Of a stretch of 63,823 nt of DNA, positions 7,863 through 15,341 are shown one piece after another. The stretch lies in the IMG/VR virus record IMGVR_UViG_3300042376_000206; one strand, 5' to 3'. The position numbers and the translations under genes are program-made. Position 1 is the stretch's first letter. The number at the start of each line of letters is the position of its first letter. The stretch comes from a virus. The notes under the pieces were generated by a model. The model saw only the letters and a program-made list of their open reading frames with translations, searched no databases and was not told the DNA's origin.

Positions 7863-8158
7863 TGGGTAGCTACCCACCTCCTCACTACCTACGGGCGCAA
7901 CATTGGGTAGCGTAAGCTGTTGATTTGTATGAACTACTACTACTACTACCCAACTACCCATATATATAGAGGTACACCAAAAAGATTTGTTGTTGTTCAC
8001 CCAAGCACGCCAGCTTTTTCTTTCTTAAAAAACTTTGCCATCTGTGCTTGCCCCAAATTCTGGGTAGTTGGGTAGCTGCCCAACTTCGTGAGCCGCATCA
8101 ATGACTTACACTACCCAATGTCTCGCCCGTACCTTGTGAGTAGGTGGGTAGCTACCCG
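7863..8158. repeat. large imperfect inverted repeat / heptamer (TGGGTAG) array flanking an AT-rich core
   Basis: Arms 7863..7960 and 8061..8158 align as reverse complements at 72 of 98 positions by hand alignment. There are ten TGGGTAG/CTACCCA heptamers: 14-bp palindromes at 7863..7876 and 8145..8158, singles at 7904 and 8111, and tandem pairs at 7946..7960 and 8061..8075. All are mirror-symmetric about position ~8010.5. The core 7961..8060 contains tatatata, ttgttgttgtt and ctttttctttcttaaaaaac. Confidence 0.9.
7933..7947. repeat. (ACT)5 microsatellite inside the left arm
   Basis: actactactactact read directly. It lies exactly where the two arms lose similarity. Confidence 0.9.
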
Positions 8159-8184
8159 AACCCTTACACCAAGCTGACACTACC

Positions 8185-8841
8185 ATGCCATCCAACACCA
8201 CCAAACCCCTTGCCACACGCCGCTGCACGCTGTGCTCACGCGACCTACCCCTGCGCCTGTTCCGGCGCTGGTCAAGGCTCAAGCTGCGCCTCGAAGACTC
8301 CTGCAATGCGTGCATCCCACCCAAACCCTACAAGGAGATGACCAAACGCGAACGCATCAACGCCCGCTCAACCTCACACACCAAGGTGTCGCCTGCCTAC
8401 CTCGACGCCATCGACAGGCGAGAACGCGAGCACTTCAAGAACAGCGTCTTGCCTGACCGAGCCTACGCAGCCCACTCAAGAACCCGGCGCGAGAACTGGA
8501 ACGCTGCCCTGCTCAACGCTGTGCGTGACGAGTTCGCATGGGCAAGCAACACCTACCTGCGTCACAGGTCGATGGTGGATAAAAACAAGGCCGAATACCA
8601 ACCGTATGTAGCCTTCTACAAATACTACGCAAGCCTTCTAAAACACATAAGAGATACCGCCGCGCCCAAATCAAAACTCAAGGGCACGCCAATAAAACCC
8701 ACGATGGAGGACGCCAATCCCCTGACCTACATAACACCGGAGGAATTAACCCGTCTCAAATACCTGTACACCCAGTGCACACCCATCCACGGCAAGCGAA
8801 GTGCTGCCCGCGACCCGTGGTTTCTTTTCTGGCAGCAGTAA
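8185..8841 (+). CDS. hypothetical protein with N-terminal CxxC...CxxC zinc-ribbon-like motif (218 aa)
   Basis: ORF track. RRCTLCSRDLPLRLF...EDSCNAC near the N-terminus. No Shine-Dalgarno before the ATG. First gene after the heptamer array. Confidence 0.7.
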   Translation: MPSNTTKPLATRRCTLCSRDLPLRLFRRWSRLKLRLEDSCNACIPPKPYKEMTKRERINARSTSHTKVSPAYLDAIDRREREHFKNSVLPDRAYAAHSRTRRENWNAALLNAVRDEFAWASNTYLRHRSMVDKNKAEYQPYVAFYKYYASLLKHIRDTAAPKSKLKGTPIKPTMEDANPLTYITPEELTRLKYLYTQCTPIHGKRSAARDPWFLFWQQ

Positions 8842-8842
8842 C

Positions 8843-8860
8843 GGGGAAGAAACCTTCCCC
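8843..8860 (+). promoter_or_regulatory. GGGGAAG-hairpin family copy 4 (loop inverted)
   Basis: GGGGAAG-aaac-CTTCCCC, directly followed by AGGAGG and the ATG at 8875. Confidence 0.55.
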
Positions 8861-8874
8861 AGGAGGACTACACC

Positions 8875-9147
8875 ATGCCCATGAACCTAAACAAACCCGA
8901 CTACGCAGGCAAGAGCGCAAGCGAACTCATCGAGATATTCGAGGCACAGATAGCCGCGCTGAGGCAGAAGAGATCGCCCATGAAAGTCAAAGACCTGATC
9001 GCAGCCTTGCAAGCGCAGGGCGTCAACCCCGATGCTGAGGTGCATGTGTGGCTCGATGGCGTGCACTACACCATCAACGCCGAAGTACCCGTCGATCCCT
9101 GGGGCGAGGACGGTATGTTTGTAGACATCAACCTGAAGGAGGAATGA
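8875..9147 (+). CDS. hypothetical early protein (90 aa)
   Basis: ORF track. AGGAGG RBS. Confidence 0.8.
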   Translation: MPMNLNKPDYAGKSASELIEIFEAQIAALRQKRSPMKVKDLIAALQAQGVNPDAEVHVWLDGVHYTINAEVPVDPWGEDGMFVDINLKEE

Positions 9148-9150
9148 CCC

Positions 9151-9414
9151 ATGATCAAACACAAGCAACCCACCTTCCACTTCCTGCTCACCTCCGTGTT
9201 CCGGTGGTACGCAAGCGAAGACCTACACGAGGCCATGAAGTACATGGACAAGCAGAAGGCAACCTACTGGGTGTGGTATGTGCCATGCCCCAAGACCAGC
9301 AGCTACGAGATCAACTTCTACCAACCCCAAGTCAAGGGCTGTTTCGTCCTGGCCCAGGTCGAGTTCGACAAGCGTGGCCGGGTAGTTCAACAGAAGGAAG
9401 GAGCAACAGCATGA
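9151..9414 (+). CDS. hypothetical early protein (87 aa)
   Basis: ORF track. GGAGGA RBS. Confidence 0.75.
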   Translation: MIKHKQPTFHFLLTSVFRWYASEDLHEAMKYMDKQKATYWVWYVPCPKTSSYEINFYQPQVKGCFVLAQVEFDKRGRVVQQKEGATA

Positions 9415-9590
9415 CAACACCCGAGAAAGAAGAACTGCTGTACCAACTGCACATCATCGAGGCGCTAGTGCGCCAAAGCGCAGAGTTCATGCAGGACAGC
9501 ACCAAGTGGGAGCAGTGCACCAACTTCAACGAGGCGGCACTTCACCGACTGAACAACCTGATCTACAACTTGAGAGGAGAAGCCAAGTGA
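9411..9590 (+). CDS. hypothetical early protein (59 aa)
   Basis: ATG at 9411 overlaps the previous TGA (ATGA). RBS GGAAGGAG. It is in the frame of ORF 9048..9590. Confidence 0.6.
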   Translation: MTTPEKEELLYQLHIIEALVRQSAEFMQDSTKWEQCTNFNEAALHRLNNLIYNLRGEAK

Positions 9591-10006
9591 ACGACAACAC
9601 GAAGACGCTCGACCCGGCACTGGTTGCAGTGCAGATGCAGGAGTGGCCCGACTCGGTGCTGCTCACCGACATTGAGATGCTGACGCTGCTCAACAGCGCA
9701 TACCCGGACTACCTCAAGGGTGAGAGCGCCGCCATCCGCGCAGAGGAGACGCGCAACATCGACCGCGCAGTGGCAAAGATCGAGCGACTGCAGAAGGAGG
9801 TGGAGCAGATGCGTGCGGTGTGGGCACGCAATGCGTTCCTATGCAGGACGCAAGACCCGCAAGGGTTCTTCTACGCCTGCGGCAAGCGAGAGGATGGCAG
9901 CTACCGCTACATCGGGTTCCGCTTCGGCCCCGAGCCACACCAGTACATGTCCGGGTTCATGGGCATGAACTACACCCCCAACCAACCACAAGGAATGGCA
10001 GCATGA
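9587..10006 (+). CDS. hypothetical early protein (139 aa)
   Basis: GTG at 9587 overlaps the previous TGA (GTGA). RBS GAGAGGAG. Frame of ORF 9506..10006. Confidence 0.65.
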   Translation: MNDNTKTLDPALVAVQMQEWPDSVLLTDIEMLTLLNSAYPDYLKGESAAIRAEETRNIDRAVAKIERLQKEVEQMRAVWARNAFLCRTQDPQGFFYACGKREDGSYRYIGFRFGPEPHQYMSGFMGMNYTPNQPQGMAA

Positions 10007-10188
10007 AACTAGATGAGGAGATGGTGCACATAGCCTGCGCCCACTTCGACCGCTACGGCGGTGGGTTCAACCAACGACTGGCCGCGCTGTGGCGCGTAGC
10101 CGACTCGGGCAACAAGCGCATCCTGATGGATGCATTCCACGACCTGTTCCTACGGGCGTACAACCAAGCGAGAAGGGAGACGGTATGA
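10003..10188 (+). CDS. hypothetical early protein (61 aa)
   Basis: ATGA overlap at 10003..10006. Frame of ORF 9820..10188. Confidence 0.6.
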   Translation: MKLDEEMVHIACAHFDRYGGGFNQRLAALWRVADSGNKRILMDAFHDLFLRAYNQARRETV

Positions 10189-10388
10189 AGAAAGACGAAG
10201 ACATCTACACCACAGATGACGGCAGGCTTGCCGCCGCTGTGTGCTTCAACGCAAGCGAGACGACCTGGGGCTACTATGTGATGGTCAGTCTCAACGGGGT
10301 GGAACTCAACACCACCCGCTACGATACCCGTGAGGAGGCCGAGGCAATGGCTGAGGTGTGGGTCAAGACGATGGAGGTGATGGCATGA
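10185..10388 (+). CDS. hypothetical early protein (67 aa)
   Basis: ATGA overlap at 10185..10188. RBS GGGAGA. Confidence 0.6.
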   Translation: MKKDEDIYTTDDGRLAAAVCFNASETTWGYYVMVSLNGVELNTTRYDTREEAEAMAEVWVKTMEVMA

Positions 10389-10594
10389 GTAGAAGCGGCA
10401 TCACCCTGGCGCTGGCCACGATTGGCCTGAGCCACGAAGCGGATGGGCACTGGCGTGCACACCTGCACTACCGAGGTTCACGCATCGCGCCCGGTGCTCC
10501 GATGGTGGTCATCAGACCCACCCGACAGGACGCATACGACGCAGCCAAGCGCGTGCTGAACCGGTATGGGTATGTGCGCCACACCGTTCAGTGA
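10385..10594 (+). CDS. hypothetical early protein (69 aa)
   Basis: ATGA overlap at 10385..10388. Frame of ORF 10358..10594. Confidence 0.6.
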   Translation: MSRSGITLALATIGLSHEADGHWRAHLHYRGSRIAPGAPMVVIRPTRQDAYDAAKRVLNRYGYVRHTVQ

Positions 10595-10596
10595 CC

Positions 10597-10621
10597 GGGA
10601 AGATTTCTTCCCCATTTTTTT
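10597..10621 (+). terminator. GGGGAAG-hairpin family copy 5 (intrinsic terminator)
   Basis: GGGAAG-attt-CTTCCC + ca + T7, 3 nt after the stop at 10594. Confidence 0.7.
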
Positions 10622-10631
10622 CAGCCCGATA

Positions 10632-10651
10632 CTTCCCACAAGTACGGGAAG
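10632..10651 (+). promoter_or_regulatory. swapped-arm hairpin CTTCCC-N8-GGGAAG
   Basis: Uses the same hexamer arms as the upstream terminator but in the opposite order. A possible TTCCCA-17-TACACT promoter overlaps it. Confidence 0.4.
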
Positions 10652-10683
10652 GGTATACACTGTCCACTTCTGGACAACCCGTG

Positions 10684-10702
10684 GCCGCTGCGGTTCAGCG
10701 GC
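10684..10702 (+). promoter_or_regulatory. stem-loop in the leader of the DUF932-like gene
   Basis: GCCGCTG-cggtt-CAGCGGC, 21 nt upstream of the ATG at 10724. Confidence 0.4.
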
Positions 10703-10723
10703 ATCTCAACTAGGAGAAACCAA

Positions 10724-11698
10724 ATGGCTCATCAAATCATGATCAAGAACGGCGTTGCTCAGTACGCCTCCACCCAGCGTGAGTGGCACGGCCTGGGGCA
10801 GTTGATGCCAGCAGGACAGAGCGTCGAGGAGTGGCAGACCGCCGCAGGCATGGACTACGAGGTGCAGCGTGGCTATGTCCGCTACGCCACCGAGCGTGGA
10901 CAGAACGCCGACCAGATGAAGGTCGTCAAGGACAAGGTGGTGCTGTTCCGCAGCGACACCAAGGATGCGCTTGGCGTGGTCAGTGATTCTTATAAAGTCG
11001 TTCAACCCCGTGAGGTGCTGGAGTTCTTCCGTGACTGGGCGCAGGCAGGTGGCATGACGATTGAAAGTGCTGGGGTTTTGTTCGGTGGCAAGCGGTACTT
11101 CGCCACCGCCAAGATCGCCGATGGCGTGTGCGTCGATGGGTACTCGGACAAGGTATCACCCTACGCCCTGCTCTCCACCAGTGCAGATGGATCGCTGGCA
11201 ACTGAGGCTAGGTGGACTGCCGTTCGTGCGGTGTGCGACAACACGCTGCGCATGGCACGCAGTGGTTCGGTCGCTGCAGTGCGGGTGACCCATCGCTCGG
11301 AGTTCAAGCCTGACGATGTGCGTGGCGTGATGGAGAACGCCAACGAGGAATTCAAAGCATTCCTCGAAACAGCACGCCTGTTGTCGGGCATCAAGGTGTC
11401 CCGCACCCTGGCCGAGGACATGACGGTGCACCTGTTCCGCACTGGCACGAGGGATGCCGATGCAGTCAAGGAGTCGCGTGGCTTCATCCGGGTCATGGAG
11501 TTGTTCAACGGCGCAGCCAAGGGCGCCATGCTTGAGACAGCGCAAGAGACTGCATGGGGCTGGCTCAACGCCGTGACCGAGTACACAGACCACCATATCC
11601 GTGCACACAACGAGGAGAACCGCAAGGCATCCGCCCTCTGGGGGCCGGGTGATGCGCTGAAGAACCGGGCGGTGGAGTTGGCACTCGCTGCCGCCTAA
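10724..11698 (+). CDS. DUF932-like (phage/plasmid TIGR03299-type) protein
   Basis: 324 aa. General pattern ...VSDSYKVVQPREVLEFF..., ...YALLSTSADGSLA..., ...VCDNTL... recalled from the DUF932 family. RBS AGGAGAAAC. Confidence 0.65.
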   Translation: MAHQIMIKNGVAQYASTQREWHGLGQLMPAGQSVEEWQTAAGMDYEVQRGYVRYATERGQNADQMKVVKDKVVLFRSDTKDALGVVSDSYKVVQPREVLEFFRDWAQAGGMTIESAGVLFGGKRYFATAKIADGVCVDGYSDKVSPYALLSTSADGSLATEARWTAVRAVCDNTLRMARSGSVAAVRVTHRSEFKPDDVRGVMENANEEFKAFLETARLLSGIKVSRTLAEDMTVHLFRTGTRDADAVKESRGFIRVMELFNGAAKGAMLETAQETAWGWLNAVTEYTDHHIRAHNEENRKASALWGPGDALKNRAVELALAAA

Positions 11699-11704
11699 AA
11701 GTTT

Positions 11705-11722
11705 GGGGAAGGTTTCTTCCCC
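11705..11722 (+). promoter_or_regulatory. GGGGAAG-hairpin family copy 6
   Basis: GGGGAAG-gttt-CTTCCCC followed by gattcgtg. Copy 2 has the same 3' flank, gattcctg. Confidence 0.55.
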
Positions 11723-11730
11723 GATTCGTG

Positions 11731-11754
11731 GGGAGCTTCGGCTCCCTTTTCTTT
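11731..11754 (+). terminator. intrinsic terminator
   Basis: GGGAGC-ttcg-GCTCCC + TTTTCTTT. Confidence 0.7.
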
Positions 11755-11778
11755 CCCTTCCATTTGGAGGTTTCAATC

Positions 11779-13119
11779 ATGTCTTACAACTTGACAAAGC
11801 TCGATGATGAATACAACGAGCATCTGATGCTCAGCGTGTTCGCTGACGCATCGTGGGTGGTGGCCTCACACCGCCTTTGGTTCAAGCGTCAACGCTACAA
11901 CTTCCCGCTGCACCCCATCGTGGATGCTTCGCTTCGCCTGTGCCGCCCTGCCGACTGGCACTTGCTCCTGCTGGAGTGGCCGCACGCAGCCGAGTCCGAC
12001 CCGTTCAAGATTGCCTACACCCGTGACGAGCGGGCAGGCGAGGCCGACCGGGTGGTGCTCACCACGATGGGTCGCTACATCATGCGCCACTTCCCTACGC
12101 TGCCTGATCACTACGTCCGTGATCTCGTGGCGCTGCACTCACCGCTGAAGTCCGACATGTACTTCGCTCGCACAGTCGAGGACATCGTGCACGGCGTGCA
12201 GCACGGCCCCAAGTCGTGCATGTCGTGGGAGCATGAGACTGTTGAGAACCACCCGTACAGCGTCTACGATCCCAAGTACGGCTGGCACTTGGCGCTGCGC
12301 CGTGAAGCTGACGGCGTCATCTGCGGTCGCTGCCTGTGCTGCGAGGATGCCAAGGGCAAGCGGTTCGTCAGGTCGTACAAGCGCGACCGCAATGGTGGTT
12401 ACAGCCACGCCGACGAGCAACTCGAAGCGTGGCTCAAGGCGCAGGGCTACGAGAAGGACAGCGGGTGGAACGGCTCACGCTTCGTTTACATCGAACGCCG
12501 CAACGGCTACCACGAGTCGTTCCTCGCGCCCTACCTCGATGGTGAAGAGCAGGGTGTGCGCGTAGGCATGGCGCTTGACGGCGGCAGGTTCCTCCACATC
12601 GTCGAGGACAGCGAGGCCGAGTTCACTTGCAACACCACCAGCGGTGAGCCAGACGAGGCAAGCTCGGTGGAGTGCGAGCACTGCGGCGCTTCGATGCACG
12701 AGGACGAGGGCACCTGGGCTGGGTATCACGAGGACACCCGCATCTGTCAGCACTGCGCGGACAACAGCTTCGTGTATGGCTACGGGCGCAACGGCCACGA
12801 GTACTACTTCCATACCGACCACGCAATCGAGGTCAACGGCAACTACTACCACGAGAGCTTCCTGCACGACAACGACATCGTGTGTGACGTCGATGGTGAC
12901 TACCAAGAACGCGACGACTGCGTGTATGTCGAGCGTGATGGCGAGTGGTATCCCAACCATGACAGCCGCATCGTGTGCAAGTACAACGACTGCTACGACC
13001 TACGCGATGAGTGTGTATACATCGAAGGCCAGTGGTATCACGAGGACGACGACGCCGACCTGATTGCGCAAGCACAGGCCAAGGCCGAGCCGCTTGAAGA
13101 AACCAACATTGATGAATGA
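11779..13119 (+). CDS. hypothetical Cys/His/Asp/Tyr-rich protein (446 aa)
   Basis: ATG at 11779 preceded by TTGGAGGT. Contains GPKSCM, a zinc-ribbon-like ECEHCG...ICQHC, and two copies of (D/E)CVY(V/I)E..G(E/Q)WY. Acidic C-terminus. Confidence 0.8.
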   Translation: MSYNLTKLDDEYNEHLMLSVFADASWVVASHRLWFKRQRYNFPLHPIVDASLRLCRPADWHLLLLEWPHAAESDPFKIAYTRDERAGEADRVVLTTMGRYIMRHFPTLPDHYVRDLVALHSPLKSDMYFARTVEDIVHGVQHGPKSCMSWEHETVENHPYSVYDPKYGWHLALRREADGVICGRCLCCEDAKGKRFVRSYKRDRNGGYSHADEQLEAWLKAQGYEKDSGWNGSRFVYIERRNGYHESFLAPYLDGEEQGVRVGMALDGGRFLHIVEDSEAEFTCNTTSGEPDEASSVECEHCGASMHEDEGTWAGYHEDTRICQHCADNSFVYGYGRNGHEYYFHTDHAIEVNGNYYHESFLHDNDIVCDVDGDYQERDDCVYVERDGEWYPNHDSRIVCKYNDCYDLRDECVYIEGQWYHEDDDADLIAQAQAKAEPLEETNIDE

Positions 13120-13138
13120 CCAACACAGGAGAAACAAC

Positions 13139-14272
13139 ATGACACAAACCAACACCATGCTTTTCAAGACCCTCGATGCTGCGCTGTCCCTGCGCCGCCC
13201 ACACGGCTCCGCTCAGGTTGCGGAGTTGCTGCTGTGGCTGATGGCAAACCTGCCCGAGGATTTGGAGTGCCGCATTGATGCCGCAGGCAATATGCACGTC
13301 GATGCCCGCACCGACGTCAACCACCGCACCCTGTTCATCGCCCACGTAGACACCGTGCACCGCACCGGTGGCGACAACAAGATAAACAAGACCGACACCA
13401 AGTGGAGCGCAGGCATGAAGGATCAGTGCCTGGGTGCAGATGACGGCGCAGGCGTGGCGATGCTGATGCACCTGATGCATTCCGGTATCCCTGGCTACTA
13501 CATCTTCAGCCAAGGCGAGGAGTGCGGCGGTATTGGTGCGAAGTTCCTGGCCGACTTCGATGACGCCACGCTGCTGCAGTTCGACCGCGCCATTGCGTTC
13601 GACCGCAAGGGTATCGACAGCGTGATCACGCACCAGTTCGGTGGGCGCTGCTGCTCTGATGCGTTTGCCCTGGCGCTTTCGTTGGCACTCAACACTGCAT
13701 CAGATGACGCACTGTTCCTCGCACCAGACAACACAGGTGTTTATACCGATACCGCAGAGTTCACTGGTCTGATTTCAGAGTGCACCAACATCAGTATTGG
13801 CTATGACGGTGCGCATGGTGATAAGGAATCTATTGACGTGGTGTATCTACAGATGCTGGCCGATGCAGTTGTTCAGATCAACTGGGACAACCTGCCCACC
13901 GAGCGCGACCCAAGCGCGGTGGATGCAGACGACTGGGGCTGGAACACAGGCGCACAGTGGGGCAACTACGACTGGGGTGCTGTGCCTGACGTCACGGGCG
14001 TCAAGGAGGTCAAGGGTAAGTTCATTCCCGAGTACACCCTGGAGATTGAATTGCAAGAGGCGCTCGACGACGCCATGTACGGACGACACAACACGCTCAT
14101 CAACCTGATTGCTGAGCACACCTACCCTGAAGACCCGGTGATTGCCAAGCGTCAGATAAACAAGAACCGACTGACTGATGATGTGTTGGCCTGGGCAGAG
14201 GAGATGCTGTATGACGGCCAACCTGCTCGGGACATTCTGGATGCTTTGTTTGAAGGAGCGCAGACGCACTGA
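13139..14272 (+). CDS. M28/M42-like dinuclear-zinc peptidase candidate
   Basis: ATG at 13139 after AGGAGAAAC. Ordered motifs are FIAHVDTVH, CLGADDGAGVAML and FSQGEECGGIGA. This resembles the His/Asp ... Asp ... Glu-Glu metal ligands of aminopeptidase-type clans. Confidence 0.55.
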   Translation: MTQTNTMLFKTLDAALSLRRPHGSAQVAELLLWLMANLPEDLECRIDAAGNMHVDARTDVNHRTLFIAHVDTVHRTGGDNKINKTDTKWSAGMKDQCLGADDGAGVAMLMHLMHSGIPGYYIFSQGEECGGIGAKFLADFDDATLLQFDRAIAFDRKGIDSVITHQFGGRCCSDAFALALSLALNTASDDALFLAPDNTGVYTDTAEFTGLISECTNISIGYDGAHGDKESIDVVYLQMLADAVVQINWDNLPTERDPSAVDADDWGWNTGAQWGNYDWGAVPDVTGVKEVKGKFIPEYTLEIELQEALDDAMYGRHNTLINLIAEHTYPEDPVIAKRQINKNRLTDDVLAWAEEMLYDGQPARDILDALFEGAQTH

Positions 14273-14310
14273 TAGGGCTTGCAACCCATCGTTACATTGT
14301 CTAAACTTGG

Positions 14311-14330
14311 ACTCGGGCAAAGACCCGAGT
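14311..14330 (+). terminator. terminator-like hairpin (weak U-tract)
   Basis: ACTCGGG-caaaga-CCCGAGT followed by cttaattc. Confidence 0.45.
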
Positions 14331-14353
14331 CTTAATTCAACAGGAGAAACATC

Positions 14354-14887
14354 ATGGCTAAAAGAAAGCTAACCACCATTTTGACCGTTACATCTAACAC
14401 GCCGATTGAACCCATTCAACCGGTAGTACCCACCATCCCTCTCGTTGTCAGCAAGGCCACAGTCATTCGTGAGTTGCTGGCCAGCGGCATGAAGCCCAAG
14501 GATATTGCTGAACAACTTGGGTGCAAGCCGCAGTACGTCTACGGCGTGATTGCCTACGAACGTAGTAAGGCTGCGAAGCTCAAGGCCAAAGCCAAGTACG
14601 CACGCAAGAAAGAGGTTGCCAATGGCGCACCCAAGCGCAAGTACGTCAAGAGTGGGAAGTATGCGAAGGCAGTCCCCGCGCCCACCACGCCGGTGGTGGA
14701 GCTTGACCGCGACCAACTGAAAGCGGAACAGGCCGAACTGCACGAACTCAATGCGGATTTCATCCGGCAACTCCAAGAGGCAAACAAGCCCAGGATTCAG
14801 TACATCGAGGTCGAGGTTCCTCAGCCTTTCTCCCACTACACCTTCTGGCAGCGCCTGCGTATCCTGTTCCTGGGGAGGGCAGCATGA
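14354..14887 (+). CDS. hypothetical protein with helix-turn-helix-like segment (177 aa)
   Basis: RBS AGGAGAAAC. Contains MKPKDIAEQLGCKPQYVYGVI followed by a Lys-rich stretch. Confidence 0.8.
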   Translation: MAKRKLTTILTVTSNTPIEPIQPVVPTIPLVVSKATVIRELLASGMKPKDIAEQLGCKPQYVYGVIAYERSKAAKLKAKAKYARKKEVANGAPKRKYVKSGKYAKAVPAPTTPVVELDRDQLKAEQAELHELNADFIRQLQEANKPRIQYIEVEVPQPFSHYTFWQRLRILFLGRAA

Positions 14888-15063
14888 AGTTCTTTGAGAT
14901 CGAACTCAGGCGCGAGTCCTACATCACCGTTGTTGTCAGCGCCTACTCTGCAGATGAGGCAGCGGACAAGCTCCTCAATAACCTGGAGGAGTACGTCGAT
15001 GGCGATCCCGACGAAGCTGACTGGGACATCACTGACATTGAAGAGGTAGGGAGAACCGAATGA
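14884..15063 (+). CDS. hypothetical acidic protein (59 aa, below ORF-track cutoff)
   Basis: Hand translation: MKFFEIELRRESYITVVVSAYSADEAADKLLNNLEEYVDGDPDEADWDITDIEEVGRTE. ATGA overlap with the upstream stop. Confidence 0.5.
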   Translation: MKFFEIELRRESYITVVVSAYSADEAADKLLNNLEEYVDGDPDEADWDITDIEEVGRTE

Positions 15064-15221
15064 AGACACGAGCATTGAAGATGGTGCGCCAGTTGTTTGC
15101 TGTGGACTACGTACCCATCCACACACAGCGCCACAACCAACGCCAATGGGTCAAGAGCGTTCGACAACTGGGTGACCGATGGCTACTCGCAAAGCCCCTC
15201 GACGTGCAAAAGAAGCACTAG
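15060..15221 (+). CDS. hypothetical basic protein (53 aa, below ORF-track cutoff)
   Basis: Hand translation: MKTRALKMVRQLFAVDYVPIHTQRHNQRQWVKSVRQLGDRWLLAKPLDVQKKH. ATGA overlap. Confidence 0.45.
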   Translation: MKTRALKMVRQLFAVDYVPIHTQRHNQRQWVKSVRQLGDRWLLAKPLDVQKKH

Positions 15222-15238
15222 ACCCACCGCCCAAAGTG

Positions 15239-15264
15239 TGGCCCTTCCCAACGTGGAAGGGCCA
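15239..15264 (+). promoter_or_regulatory. perfect 10-bp stem-loop
   Basis: TGGCCCTTCC-caacgt-GGAAGGGCCA with no U-tract. Lies in the spacer before the ParB-like gene. Confidence 0.5.
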
Positions 15265-15341
15265 GCCATACAAACCAAAGAGACAACCCAAACCCGATCC
15301 GGTGGCGGGACTTCCACCAGCACTCTTTTAGGAGAAACAAA

